This document shows, in pieces, positions 14,566 through 28,700 of a stretch of 64,000 nucleotides of DNA. The translations under genes were made by a program, and so were the position numbers. Origin of the DNA: Raillietiella orientalis (Eukaryota); contig JAYWIR010000004.1 in NCBI GenBank assembly GCA_036172245.1, positions 4,712,001-4,776,000 of the forward strand, read 5' to 3'. Below the pieces are notes generated by a model. The model searched no databases, was not told the origin of the DNA, and saw only the letters and a program-made list of their open reading frames with translations. Numbering within the stretch: position 1 is the stretch's first letter; each line of letters begins with the position of its first letter.

Positions 14566-16217
14566 TGGAGACCTGTATTGATGCTGGCATCGATTTCGAG
14601 ATTTTTGAGTTTTTATGATGTTCAGTTATTATATGTTTCATTGTATAACATATATCTTAATTTAAATTAATTATTAAGGTTTATTTTCCAGTATGCATGT
14701 ATACATATTGGGTGACCGTTAGTTAATCATATATTATATTTTACACTTGATATGTAATGTAATATTTAGAATAATATCTTGAAAGTTTAAAAAAAGTGTG
14801 CTTTGGAGATACAAAACCCTAAATTTTTACACAGACAATGAATGATTAATAATCCATAATGTTGTAAAAGCATTTACATTGAATGTAAAATTAAAGCAAA
14901 TATGTGTTAAATCCAAGAGGTGGGGTAAGCCTTTCATGCTTGAAATGAATTTTATATTCATTGCGTATCAAAACATTTTGGAGTCCATATCAACTGTATT
15001 TGCTATCATCATCAAATAGCTCCTCCTTGTTCCTGGTGACTGACATGAATCTTTTCTTACACGTTGAGTTTCATTGGAAGATGAAAGATTGAAGATGTTC
15101 GGGTTCGTTCCTTTGTCTATTGCAATTTTCACAGCTACAATTCTTTCATTGTACACCTGTTGCCTCCTGGTGTTGTTCCAGGGAAGAACGCTCCGCCATC
15201 ACTGGAAACGACCCTTCTGTACAATTGGTTCATCGATTATCAACAGCACATCATCAATCCCATCTCTTTGCCGACCATCAGATGCAGCCAAATTGTCCCT
15301 CCTTTTTTGTTTCCACATAGCCTCTGGAATTTTTCCTGGCTTCCCGTAAATTCCTCTCAGCCTGAAACTTTTCGATTTGAAACCGAAGGAACCGATTTTT
15401 TTGATTTTTTTTTCTCACGAATTCTGCATAGCAATAATCTTTGCACTAATGACCCCTTCTCCGGTTTCACGTAAACGTCGGAAACGTGCATCCATTTTCC
15501 CTCCAGGATTGCACTTTGAAAATGAATGGCTGCCTGACATTTCAACCAAGCTTTATCCATTCCTTGCAGGTTTTCCGTTTTCTTCCCTCTATTTACTCTC
15601 TCCACGCTATCACTCCTTTGAGGATTCGTCTCTCAGAATTATTTATCTCTTGGAAACCAAAAACCCATATTGAAGGTGTTCTCAGTAACCCAATATCATA
15701 AAATGCCTATTACTATTAAGACAATTGCAATGATCATGACTGCTTAATCGCTACGGTTTCACCGCTGGAACTTCTTCCACTGTGAAGAAGCGAATTTTTG
15801 ATGGACTGTTTTTGCCGTACAAAGAGCTCACCCAAGAACAAGCCAGCTCAGGAAACAAATGGCTTGCAGATGTTTCGGTAACTCCCCAAGATAAAGCTGT
15901 CACCCATCAAGTTGATAAGAGAAAATTTTGTAAGATGTCAACGGCTATTAATAGTATTCTGACAATGATTAATAGATGTAGTTATAATTAATGAACTTCT
16001 GAAAGTCATGCTTTGCCTCTGAGCTACAGAAGGGCAACAAGATTGAAAGAATTTCTCCCGTGGAGATGTAAGCATGTCTCCTCCTGCACGAAAAACCTTT
16101 TTTCGGGAACTTTTGTGTAGATCTTAATAGTTTTTTCCCGAAGGGAAGGAATGTGCACTATGTAAGAGTTGCTGATGAATATTTTTTTCTTCCAAAATAA
16201 AATGCTTTCAATGAAAG

Positions 16218-16338
16218 TTCCATGGTACCAAGAGGGCTTGTCCATCACTCTCACAAGAGGACGAATGGTGTACGTGGATGCTTCTTCCATTTAATGGAGC
16301 ATCCTTGTCAATATAATCCTTGCTTGAATGATGGAAAG
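16218..16338 (+). CDS. Candidate exon or relic containing the start of an EGF-like domain
   Basis: Reads ...NGVRGCFFHLMEHPCQYNPCLNDGK, then AAG|GTATGG. PC-x2-NPCLN-x-G is the typical EGF N-terminal half. The acceptor is weak and no partner exon was identified. Confidence 0.3.
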
Positions 16339-17763
16339 GTATGGACCTTGATCCTTAATGAACTTTGGGAAATTCCGAGGACTCCTCCATGCAGAGGAAC
16401 AACGCTCCATTCTTCAAAGCAAGTTAAACCGATATCCCACACGGATTCACCTCCAAGCATGGATGCCTGTTTGAGTTCCAAGAGACTCCAGAAACGAAGA
16501 CCTCCCGTATAGGAAAGAAAAAGAGAGCGCATTTGACTTGGAAAATTGGGGATTTGAGCATCTCCGAGCATCAAGGAGGTTTATTCATATACTGTCTCTT
16601 TAATCCCCTGCGCAAGAACCTTCTGATAAATCTATACTCTGAATGGAGATCAATTAGAACAAGTTATCCGAGGACGAAATATTGTGTGCATATAGATAAG
16701 ATGCAACTTCCAAATGACTCGAGGATTCAAAAGGGCTTACAAAGATGAAGGCTATTTTATTGCTTTTTCTTTTTGTCTTTCCATACTCTCTACAACCCGT
16801 GCAGACTGTTCGAAGAACATCTCTCGAAACTAGTTTCCAGGGAATTCTAGCCGTTCCTTACGATATTTACCATTCCCCATCACTTTCCGGTTTGAACGCG
16901 AAGATCACGTCTTCATTTCCATTTGTTTTTACGGTCATCCGTCTCCTTATTTCCTTTGCATTTCTCCCTTAATTTCCTTTCTCCCTTTCTCAATTTATTT
17001 TTGCATTCCTGGGAGTATCATCTCACAAAAACTCTTTGCCTCATCTTAATATAGAAATCACCCTGTCTCTCACTTTCAGAATCCAAAGTCCTTATCGTCC
17101 TTTCCTGATTGATTAAAAGACCAAAAAAATCATCTAGATCGAAATTTATGAACAGATTTTCTGCTGAGATGTCGTACATCCTTCATCACTAATGCTTCGT
17201 CTTCATTTGCCCATAACCTTCAAGATTTTGTTGTCTTAAGCGCTTCAGGAGTTCATAGGGCCAAAAACGGTTGAGTTTCTAAACTGACACAGCGATTTAT
17301 TAAGACCAGGAAAACACGCTGAGGGTTTCAACCACCAACGGGAAGTAATGAAAACAGTGAATTCAGCTTTTATCCACGATTGATTCCAGAGTCACAAGCT
17401 CATGACACCTTAATTTCCCTTTTCCGAGAGAGCGCGAAAGGGAAGTACAATCGACAAATATTTACAACTCACTAGTAGGAAAGCAAGGGAAAATGAACGT
17501 GCTGGGAGGAAAGATAAACAAAACAGAAACCACCCTTCGGAAACGGCAGCCATATAGTTCCGTTGGGTTTCCTGGAGAAAAAAACCTTCTACCAGGATCT
17601 CCTTTTTGCAGTTCACGAGCAGGATATTCCCTGAATATTCGCTCACTGGTGTTTGAACACTCACGATTGCATGTTTGGCACCTGAAATTGAATGAATATA
17701 CTGCACACCCCTCTTTGATGTTGGTAATATCATATTGCATTTCACAGTACTTTCCATCCTTTG

Positions 17764-18140
17764 TTTCTCACCCGGGTGCGCCGGGGCGTTTATTGCTAAA
17801 CTATCCGGGAACAGAGTTCCCGGACAAAGGACACAGAAGAAACGAAGGGGGGGATCACCGACACTCAGGTCGGTAAACCGAAATTCCGGAAAGGGAGGGA
17901 GGGGACCACCAATGCACATATAAAAAATAGAAATAAAGATATGGGGAGGGGAGGGGACAGGGGTCTTTGGTTTGGCCGTCTTTGGTTTTCCATCCTTTGT
18001 GACAACACTGCTGGTGCCAACATCCATGATGAGCTTCTTTTATCTTGTGACGATGCTCGTACTTTGCTTTTCTTTCTCATTCTTTTCTGTTCCTCCTTGG
18101 CTGGGCTTTCAGCATTCCTGATCTCAGGTCATCCCATGCA
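17764..18140 (-). mobile_element. Isolated 3' end (ORF2 tail and 3'UTR) of the L1/Tx1-like non-LTR family seen at 37-60 kb
   Basis: The minus strand has a pyrimidine-rich UTR, the hairpin accgacctgagtgtcggt (cf. ccgacctgaatgtcgg near 38704) and the terminal aataaacgccccggcgcacccgggtgagaaa motif. Confidence 0.65.
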
Positions 18141-21100
18141 CTGAATAAGAACAAGTTACGTGTCTTCTCCGTTTTCTTACGTGGCTGTTGTTGGTGTTGA
18201 AAATTTTTTTCATGGAGCGGGAATCGTTGCTGCACCAAATACGAACTCTAAAGGTGTACATACTGCTTTCTTCTTCAAAGTAAAACATTAGAGCTCTTTT
18301 TCTAAACCTGTGAGCTTTGTTCGTCCCTGACTTGGATGGTACGGGAAAGCCACATTGAGTGCGGATTCAAATGTTTCGAATTCGCTGCAGCGCAGATTTT
18401 TTTCCATACACATCGTGTATAGTCCGACCGAAATTCAGCCAATGTGGACTCTGGAGTGCACAGTCAGAATTGCCAGGTTCCCGTTGGAGTTTGAGACGCC
18501 ACAACTTGGATCTGAACTTTTCATGATTTATTTTAATCGTTTTAAAAAACTGCTCTACGAAAGTGGACAGAACGATCATTTCCTTAGACGAAAACGCTGA
18601 GAGCGCATGTCATTAATTGCACTTGGAGCAAAAATTTGATGAGCCATTTTGCGTCTACGACGAACTCAAGACTCGTAGAAAAGTTCATTCTACTCTGCCA
18701 AAGTATTTCGAAAAGCAATAGAGATTTTGGGGGAGAGGGGGGGGCAATGTATGGTTGCTTCAAGAATGATGTTTGGAACCTTCCTTTTTTTTATTTTGCC
18801 CTCTATAACTACTCTGTGACTAAGTTTATAATAAGCTTAGATTTTTAGTATTCCAAGCTCTTAATTTTTTTGTCTTCACATTTTCTCAAAAAGCACTGAA
18901 ATTTTTCTTGGTGTTTCCTTGATCATTTTTCATTTCTATTAAGCTGAAACCAGTTACATATTTTGCAGATAATTATATGCTCGAATAGATTAATGAGACT
19001 ACTTTATAAGACGAATTATTCGTTCTGCCTCCGTTTTAACTTCTCTTGCCTTTCTCCAAACATTCGAATGTTGAGAAATAGCGACTTTTATGTAGGGTCC
19101 ATTCTTCATTGGAACGTATTGAGAAGCTGCATCCGAAAGACGTGAAGATCACTGCGTACAGTAGTTAGTACCTTGTCACCTTCATGCTCGAGAGTGAAAG
19201 CGTGACACCATGCACGAAAGTAGGGCTTCCGTTGTATTAGGGCATCCCAGTTTACTTAACAAAACTTTTGTGGGTGCCATTATCTTCCAGACGACGTGAA
19301 AAATGAGATAAAGGAACCAAACTCTACATTTGCAATTCACAGGCATGCTTGAAACTTCATCAGACGGACCGCAGACAGTGATTTTGTGCTGCAGGCAAAA
19401 TGACCGAGCACAAAATGATCTTGAAAATCTTCGTTGTATGTAACCTGTTGTCGTTTAGAAGGCCGAAATTATTCATTGCTCTTCTTTTGGACTTGACTAA
19501 TAGTTTTTTTGCAATTTCATGCATGATGAGATTATCTAGAAATGCAGACGGGATGTTAATGGATGCAGAAATTTTTGAATCGATTCTTTAATATGAGTGA
19601 AAAAAGGAAAGTGCAAACATTTCCAGAATGAGATGGAAGCGTATAATAAGGAAAATATGTATTGAGGAGTCTCCTTAGAACTCTTCTCAGGAATCCACTG
19701 ATCTTGATTAATGACGATCTGATTGGATAAATGGAATGAATGGACTGTTCCAGAAATCAGCAGTCAGTTCCAAGAGGTTGTTCTTCATCTGAAAAAAACA
19801 GTTAGTTTTCTGAACCAGGGAAGGAAATGCTTGTCTTCCTGCTCTTTCCAAGTTTCAGAGAATTTTTTCTCTCTAATTCTAAGTGGACGAATTCAAAATC
19901 CGCTCCTTTTTGGTGTCATGAAGACATCTGTTCTTTGAATTTCTTGGTCTCGTAGGAATTACTCATTCTCAAAAGGAAAAAAAAAAGCAGTACGGCTGAA
20001 AATACGTCTCCATAACACATACAAGGATAAGAATCTCAAAGCTACATTGAATTTCAGAAGATGCAAGTCTCGAAATCCAAAATTGATCACGAAATTGAAT
20101 CGCAATTTTTTAAAAAATAGAATCGCCCTTTATGGGCTGATAAGTGGACTTTGGACAACATATAGACGGAATTTCATCCCGGAAGAAGAATCTCGGAACG
20201 CATCCAGGCTAGTCTATAATTTTCTTATTGCCTTCATGTCCTTCTGTGTGTTTGTCCAGTCGCAAATGGATCTTTGACCTTTTAACGTTCATGCATGCTG
20301 AATGAATTCTCTCTGGACACTAAGAGGAAGAATATAAGTGGCGCTTAAGTGTTACTGCAAGCAGTGGATTTATGAAATGTTTGTCAGGGACGCCGGGAAC
20401 AAGCTGCAAGGAAAGTTAGCATGCCTACGATTGCTTCCTGCCACAAGCTACTTGCACACAACTGGGGATCAGGAAGAGCTATCTGTACCACTCCATAGAT
20501 GGCTTCAGATTGATTTCTTATCGATTGAATAGCCGAGCTGTTTCACCACACTAGGCGGCACAATTTTGCAACAGATCTCTCACATTAACGAACATGAAGG
20601 AAATGGAAATTTTGAGTAGAGCACTGCAAAGAACTGTGGATGGCATTTCTCAAAATGGAAAATGGAAAGGAGGCAAACGCTGATGCGCAGAAGCCTGTCG
20701 GTTTTTCGTAGGAACAACAAATGTGTCAAAAGGTACAAGCTCTGTGGAAAAAAACACTTCCCATTCTTTTTTATTTAATGGAAACATTTTACCTCCATCC
20801 ACAGTTTGCAACTGCCGGAAATTTTTCATCCCGGAGTTTCTCCTCTTCGTATTTCCCTCATCATCCTTCTCCCTCTTGGATTTTTTCGTTTCTGCGTGTG
20901 TCTGCTTTTATGAAACATACTCAAACAGAAAATGAGATTTTGGTTTTCGGAGTCCTAAAAGAGTTAAAAACTTTTAGCAATTTCGGACACACAAGCAACT
21001 TTTGGATTGCTCCGCGCATTTCGGTCTTACGGAGAGCAACTCTCTTATAAAGAGAGTGAAGGTCATTTGACTTTTACCGCAGTTTCAATGACGAATCCCT

Positions 21101-24100
21101 ACGATCGGACTAATCCTTCATTGAGCGATTCCGGAAACACTTGAAATATCAGCATGGGCTCCATCCGTTCCTTCTGATTTTGTAAAGTCACGGATTCGCG
21201 CAGCTTAAGAGAGTCTTCCACGGAAGTGAGCATTTGTAATGTGATTCGAAGACGGAGGAGTGAGGGAAGCATTTTCAGAATGTCCGCAGATGCACCTATG
21301 AAGTCGATGCGTTTCCGTCACGACTCCCATTGTCCAATTTCGTTTTCCCGTGTCACCTATCGGGGCAAAGTGCCCCAGCCCCCAGCCTTCTTCCACGCAC
21401 ACCGCGTTCCCTTGTAAGAATCCTTTTTTCTAACAACTTTCAACTTTGCTGTTCAGCGATATCTCTTATGGGATGACTGAAAGCGTAACATATTTTCCAA
21501 AATGAAGACCCCAGTCAATCCCTTACCTGTTGAAGTGACTTTCTATTGTTAAATTGATGTTCTTCATCGTTTCCTAAAGATCAGCATCCTTATTAGAGTT
21601 CTGCATAATCTACCGTAAGCATACATGGATCATGTGCTAAAAGGCTTGAAGCTATCCTGAACAAGTACACACGCAAGAGCATATGGTTTCCTCTCCTCAT
21701 TCTCATCAAAAGGCTTGAAGCCTATTCTATTCTTTTTTATTTAATTCATTGTGTTAGTTTCTAGCAGAAATTCCTTCTCTCAGTTATTCTTGTACCCCTT
21801 TTTCTAATAGCTTCTTTTTACATTTTATTCATTTTTTTGATTTCTTTTCATAACCCTTCATCTCTCGTTCATCCGTTCAGTGTTGCCGGAAGTACTCTGG
21901 CCGAGTCGTCATAGGTCACCATCATGTAGGTAGTGACCGTTGTGCTCACCATCATCACCTTTATCATTTTAAAGTCTCGAGATGCCAGAGTGGCTTGCAA
22001 ATCCACTCGTCCAGTTTCTTTATCAGATGGAAACGTGCTTCGAGGTCAGTTCGGGCATTTTCATTAGAATTTGATGGCATCTCGGCATGGAAATGACCGG
22101 TGCTTCGAGTTCCTGGGCCTTTACTCGAGTAGGGCTCCTTTCTTCTGGGTAACAAGGCTTTGATGAATTTTAAAGATGAGCTTCGAGCTGTAGGGAAGAT
22201 TGGTTTGCTAAAATCACGACCAATCCTGAACATAGAAGCCCTGTTGACGGCATTGGAAGGTCATCAATTCGTGAACCGCAAAGCGGATTGTTTGCTACGG
22301 TCTCCAGACTGCGGATGTGTCACAGTAAGAGAACTTTCGACAGCTTCCGAAGTAGCCGCTAAAGCCGAGTTGGGGTGCAGCTCCGTCTCTACCAACACGC
22401 TCAGATAAAATTCGAAGTTCATCCAAGTTCGGCTTTGACGAGATCTCCTCATACCACATGCCATTGGATATCGCCACCGAAAGACTGTATATGAAATTCC
22501 CTTGGCAGCGAGCGCGCCGTGGACATGGCGCGCATGTCTTTTCTGAAGGAATTTTCGTCAACGAAACTTCTTCAAACTCTGAATCTAAGGAAAATCACTT
22601 TCCACGTTCTCCTTCCCTCAGAAGAAACAGAAGAAAGAAAGTTCCTGTTCATGATTTTTGAAATGCTTTCTCTATACAGCGGATCTCGGAAAGATTTTAT
22701 TTAATTAGCCCGCGGTACACTTTCTCAGCTCTGTTAACAGAATTACATGACGTCTCCATTGGATAACCTAAGGAGCTTAAGGACAAATAAGATTGCCATC
22801 ATGTAAAGAAGGAACTTTTCTTAATGCAATTATCCGTTATTCAGGTATTTCCTTCGAACAACCTGTTTCCTCCCCGATCTGATGCTGCGTTTCAGGAGTG
22901 CTACATTCATCATCTGATTCACAGAGTTTTTGATCTCGACGTGCAATTTATCCTTCCGAGGAATTTCTCGAGGATGTGCTCGCCTAAAATCTTTATCCAA
23001 AACTCGGTAAGTTTTGCGTTCGGTGTGATTCCCCCTTGCTCTTGCAGTCGTTTGCGTAAATACTTCCCAGCAACGTGGTCGGGTCATTCCCCCGTGCGTC
23101 AGCATCAGTATTTCTGCTATCGGGGAAAATGGGTGATCACTCTTGCAGCGAGGATGTCACGACACTGGTGGTGGTGCGCACGTCGTCACGTGTAAATGAC
23201 GCACTTGTCACTGGATTCATTCACCAAGGATCCATGAAGGCCACACATTGGTTGCTGCGACCACTTGCTGGCCCGTTTTTGAAAGTGTTCACCCAAAATT
23301 GTCCCGAGGTTATCGCAAGCACTCTCTCTGAACCGCTTAGAGGGCTCGCTCCTTGTAAGGATGCTGCACAGACTATCACACCCCATCACATATTAAGCGA
23401 GTGGAACATGACATGTGCAGCCCCGCATCTCATGCATTACCTAGTGACTCAGGGAACCGATAACTCGTTCCCCGAATGCATCCCCATCACAAAACTGAAA
23501 AATGAGATTGCACCCTGGAACAGGCGGTGTAGAAGGAAAACTTTTCTCATAAAATACCTTCCCGAACTGTATCATCCTGGCTGGAATTCTTTCGTTTTCA
23601 CTTGAATTCTCTGCCATGATTTCTGGTGGATTCACGTAAACTGTCAAAGGAGGTAGGAAGAAACGTGTCTTCCTCTACTTCTTAGCTGGCCATTGATCGC
23701 TTAGCAGTTGATGATGATTGCTTGGATTATGCTGGGAAGGAAAAAAAACGAAAATACCAAGTATGGTGAAAAAATGCCGAGGTGCCTGGGATCGAAGTCT
23801 GATTGAGTCTTGTAGCAACAGCAGCTTTTAGAAGATATTTTCTCCCTTCTTCATCAACATTTCATTGTTTCGTAGGTTCGGGAATGACTTTGATTCAGAC
23901 AGGCCGTGGAACGGACTCGCTGGTTTTGGTGGATTCTCGAATCTCCTAGAAGCAATCTGCTGTAAACGGCTCAAAGAATTCGAGCCGGATGGCTCTGTAG
24001 CTACGATCTCATTCGAAAAGGCTGCGCGCTTTCAGATGCTCCTTTCCCTTTTTGTCTGCCCTGATCCAGACTGTCAAATGCTGTGCGTAATTGGAAAGCA

Positions 24101-25660
24101 GATGAGGATGGAAAAGGACGGATCAGTTACCCCAGGATCAGTTACCCCAAGCTCACAGAGTACAAGGTGGCAAAATACGAGGAGATGAGAAGGCGAACAG
24201 CAGTTGTGTATATCTCATGTACAAGTACACGCAAGTGCTCAACTTCTGAAGCGTTCTCAATCTCCGGAATGAAAGAACTCAATTTCTATTTGCTCCATCA
24301 GATAGGACTGCAGACTTGCGACTTTCCGACTGCCTGATCGATTGCTTCTTTCCGTTCAGCCTTTCGTACACTTCTACGGCGAAAGAAGCACGCATCCATT
24401 CTTCTAATTTCACAGTTTCGATTTAATCAAAATCCGGACGGTGAATTAATTAGCATTCAGAGGGTGAATGGGAACGCTCGTCTTTTGACTTTCCGAGCTC
24501 ATCCATTCCTAAATCACATTTTGCACTTGAGTTGATGCCTCCTGCGTTAAATAACCATTTACTTCATTTTTGATGGTGCTTCGAATAGTCTTAGCCCTGA
24601 GCCCTGAGCAGCAAATTTGTCAGAAGCTGAAAATGGCATGCTCGAGAAAAAATTCATTTCTTTGCATTCAGTTAGTTTGGATTTGAATCGAATTCAGCGT
24701 TTGCATCATTCACTCAAGCGCATTCGGATAACTGGAGACAGGTACATGATATTAAGCATAGTCAGCATCCTCCTCTTGATTGGAACCTGAGCTGGAAAGT
24801 CTGAAATTGACAGAAAATCATTTCTGAATTGAAATTCCTTCGAGAAAACTGTTGAGAATTTGTAGAGGATCCGAATAAGCAAAAAAGGGGGCTGATTACT
24901 TCGCTTTCGTTCTTTGTAAATCGCTCCATGTTGAAGAAAGGACAGCAGCTCGAAAGGCCACTGTGCCTCGTGTCACTTGACGATAACGAGACCCAGTTTC
25001 ATTTGCATCTAAATCTGTACGAAACCCGTCGGAATACGAGGAATGGGCCGCTACCGAATACAGAGATCACTCTCTGGAGAAACGACTCCTCGGCCCGTTT
25101 CTAACGGCAGCCGAATACCCCTGACTTGGCGTCTCAGTGTACAGCAAAAAGAGACTGAGTTTCCGACGGACGTAATCACGAATGCAGGCTTCATCTTCCA
25201 TCCAGAGGAGAGTCTCAAATCAGTAAGAATAGGTTTGAGAGTAGATAATATCAGATAATATCTTCTAGATGATATCAAACGTGGATTCCTGAAATACTAA
25301 ATAAAAGAGTCCTTAGGAGCGATTGCAGTCGAATTTATGGGGGCACTGCAATTAATCAATAAGGATATCGACCAATATGTCCATTCGTAAACCTGAGGAA
25401 AGCATTCGTATTTAAGCATCAAACTTGCTTTTGTCGAAATACTTTTTCTTTTTTTTCCCCCCACGTATTTCGCACGCTCAATCTATCCGGAAATCTACAT
25501 TTTCCAAAAGAGCATTCCTCACTGAGTAGGGCGGGATTACTTAGTTCCATCGATTCAGTTTGGAATTTATTTATGATACCAAACTGAATTGATGAATTTT
25601 ATTGTTATTTTTTTCCATCTTATTAATTCAGAAATGAGGTGTTTTGCCTGCTTGCACCAG

Positions 25661-25779
25661 ATGTGAGAGTAGGTAGAGAAGTTTACGATAGAGAAAAAAG
25701 ACGAATTATGGTCCGGGGCATGCCGAAAAATGCAAAATTTCGCAACTTTCAATTAAAGAGAATAAAGTCGATGACACTT
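25661..25779 (+). CDS. Candidate internal exon of unknown gene
   Basis: Bounded by ttgcaccag| and |gtgagt. The open frame DVRVGREVYDREKRRIMVRGMPKNAKFRNFQLKRIKSMTL has a weak resemblance to an RRM RNP2 segment (IMVRGMP). Confidence 0.25.
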
Positions 25780-28700
25780 GTGAGTGTCTTCGGCCTTCAG
25801 ATACCCTCTGCAGATACTTTCACCTACCCAGTTTTACAGAGCATCTATGAACACTCTTGTCAGTTAGTATAAGCGAACATTATCCAAAAGTGAGCCCTTT
25901 ATCCCAAAATGTTATTTAAATCAAACAACAACCAAAAAGCAATTCAGTTTTTTTTAAAAAATAAATAAATAAATAACTGGACTGTTTTTTTCTTCAATAT
26001 CCAACTGTGTTCTCATCTATCCTCCCTCCCTCCCCCCCCCCAAAAAAAAAAACTTGAAGACCACTTGAGATTCTCCATGGCAGCACTTAGTTGGGAAGCT
26101 AAAAAATGAGTTCACGATAAGAGAAAAATTCCAGAGCTCTATTCGCCTTTCTAAATGCTGGTAACACTGGAATCATAGAATACGGAAACAAAGCAACGCA
26201 TAATCAATGATGTATTCGGGAAACTTGAATTTGCTGCAGACAGATTCCATCAACGAGAAGGAAGAAAGAAAACTGCGTGAACAAAGTGCAAAAGCCTCTT
26301 TGGGGAAGATCTGAAAATTGTTGGGGTGCATCCCCGGTGATTATTTGAAAAATATCGGAAAGTTTCTCAGATTGCGTTTGAAGCAGTTTTCCGGGGAAAC
26401 ACGATGGGCAAGTGAAACTCTTAGGCATCTTTAATGAGAACTGAAACCTTGTTCCGAAAATTCTAGAACTTTATGCAGAGTTCCGTAAAGGGACCTCTCT
26501 TTTGCTGAAAACATTAATTCGGAAAAAGAATTTCGTCATACATTTTTCCCTAAAGAACTCTAACAACTTCTTGAATCTTGCATGGAATGTTTTAGTCAAG
26601 AAACTGGCTTCTGGATGGAAGCACAGGAAACTCTTTTCCATCTCTAATGGGGGAAAAATTTATTATTATTTTTTTCTTTCAATTTTGGAACCAAGGCTGA
26701 TGGGTATTAAAGGTTTAATGCGCTAATCTCAGATTTAATAAATGGGATTTTGCGAGACCTACCAGGTTCCAAGCACTGCTTCCTATGTAATATTCTGAAG
26801 AAAAATGATCCAATTAATAGCCTTCGTGAAAACATCGAGTAACTTTTCTCAATGATACCCTACCCTCACACCTCGAAAAAAATATCTAGCAGTGGTTCCA
26901 TAAATTTGCAAGAAATAAACTCCCAAGAATTAGATGGTGTACTCCCCACTTCCTTATACCTTTAAAGCCCCTCACCGCTCAACCCTCTAATAGGACACTA
27001 ATATGCCCTGTCCCTGCCTTACTCTTCGCAATTCGTCCCGGAATCTTTTCTCAAAAATGTTGACAAGATGAATTCTGTCTAGCAGTACCTCAAAGCTGAT
27101 ACCTGCTCGGCATGACTATCGATATTCCTCGGCCTGAAGTTCTTCCGGTAGATAATGTCAGGGTGGCTGAGTGCCATGCACCCTATTCGCAAGAAGTTGC
27201 AATCGAAAAGCATAAAGAAATAGAGGTGAAATAAAAGTAATGGACTGTGGAGTAAAACAACGAACACGTGCGTCAAATTATACATGGAAAGGAATGCGTA
27301 TACGTGCCATATACGCACAGATGCACACATGCGCATGCATAGGTGTTTATCTACAGCTATCCAAAATTCTGTTTCTCGAATCGCAGGAACGCGGGGCTGG
27401 GACAAAACGGTGTTTGCGAAGTGTTTGGAAAATGCTTCCGACTCGAACGTCACGGCAACGTTCGACCGGAGCACGAGGAGGCTGCGACCGATGTTGCCCC
27501 GGGAAACGTCCATTGGATTTTGACATTTATCCGATATTTTGCTGTTCACGGAAGACCATGCGGCAATCGTTCTTGGGGAAATTCTTTTTGCAAAAAGAGG
27601 TTTTTGGTGAGAGCGTGGTAAGTGATGTTAGAAATGGTCGGCGAACCCATTTAGGGTCTTATTTGTCTTGCACTGGATTACCTATTACCACACAGTGCAT
27701 GCGTTAATGGTTTCTACGCATTTGCCGTAAAATCAAAATATGTAGCTGCTTTGAAAGTTGGTAACACGAGTAATCGAATGTGGATCACACAACCGATGAT
27801 TAAGGATATATGGGATAAGGAATTCTGGATCTATAAGCGTGTCCATAAGAATATTTCTCGAGTCAGTTGTTTTTCCACCTACTCAAACACACGTTTGTAG
27901 ACGATCATGCAAGGCTAATGATGAGATGAACTGAACTGAAAATTAATAAGGAGCAAGTAATAAATAAATTCCTTGAAAGTCAACAAGTTCAAAAAATAAG
28001 TAATTAGCAGAGCGAAAACAGTGTTCATCTAATGAGCACGAGAACAAATAAATGAATTAGATGACAGACAATTAGTACTAATAGGTAAAATGCATTAAAA
28101 GAACGCATCGATAAACACTTGAACAAATAAAAATAATGACAGATACATAGGATATGAAATCATGAATTGTTCAATGAATTGAAAACAAGGCCAAGATGAG
28201 CATTTTCATCCACTGCTGCACTTGATAAAAAGTGGCCAAAAAATTTCTTCCACATTTCTCTTTCATCCATGTCTTTCCAGATGATCGCATTGCCCGAAGA
28301 TTGCATCCAATTTATCGCTTCCCAATAGCAAACTCTGATCATCAACTGAGACAGACAAATCGGAAGAGAAAGCAGGTTCAGTCACAGGAAAGAAGCTGCT
28401 TCGGGTCATCTCGCCTGCATTAAAGAAGTCGTGGAAAAGATGTATGTGATTGCTGGTCGTATTGGCCGGCTAACAGATGCTCTAGAATGAAACAGAAGTC
28501 TCCTGTCCATGCGTTCACAATGAGTGGCACCGAACCCCAGCAAGTCTAAGAGCATTTGAAGATAAATCTGTAGATAATCCAAGATGTTCCAATATGAGAA
28601 ACACTTAAGGGAAAAAGGAGGGTCCAAGTGCACTCCAGCAAGAGTTGGTAAGGGCGAAACGTCCAGGGAAAAGCATGCTCAAGAACCAGGAAATCGGGAT

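Noticed and set aside
21639..21721. 14-bp direct repeat aaaaggcttgaagc around 55 bp
   Set aside because: Could be a TSD, but the enclosed sequence has no identifiable features.
23765..23825. tRNA-like 3' end on the minus strand (ttcgatcccaggcacctcggca followed by a T run)
   Set aside because: No A box or cloverleaf could be built. At most a degenerate SINE/tRNA relic.
24120..24149. 15-bp tandem duplication ggatcagttacccca x2
   Set aside because: Only two adjacent copies with no spacers. Ordinary slippage, not a CRISPR or satellite.
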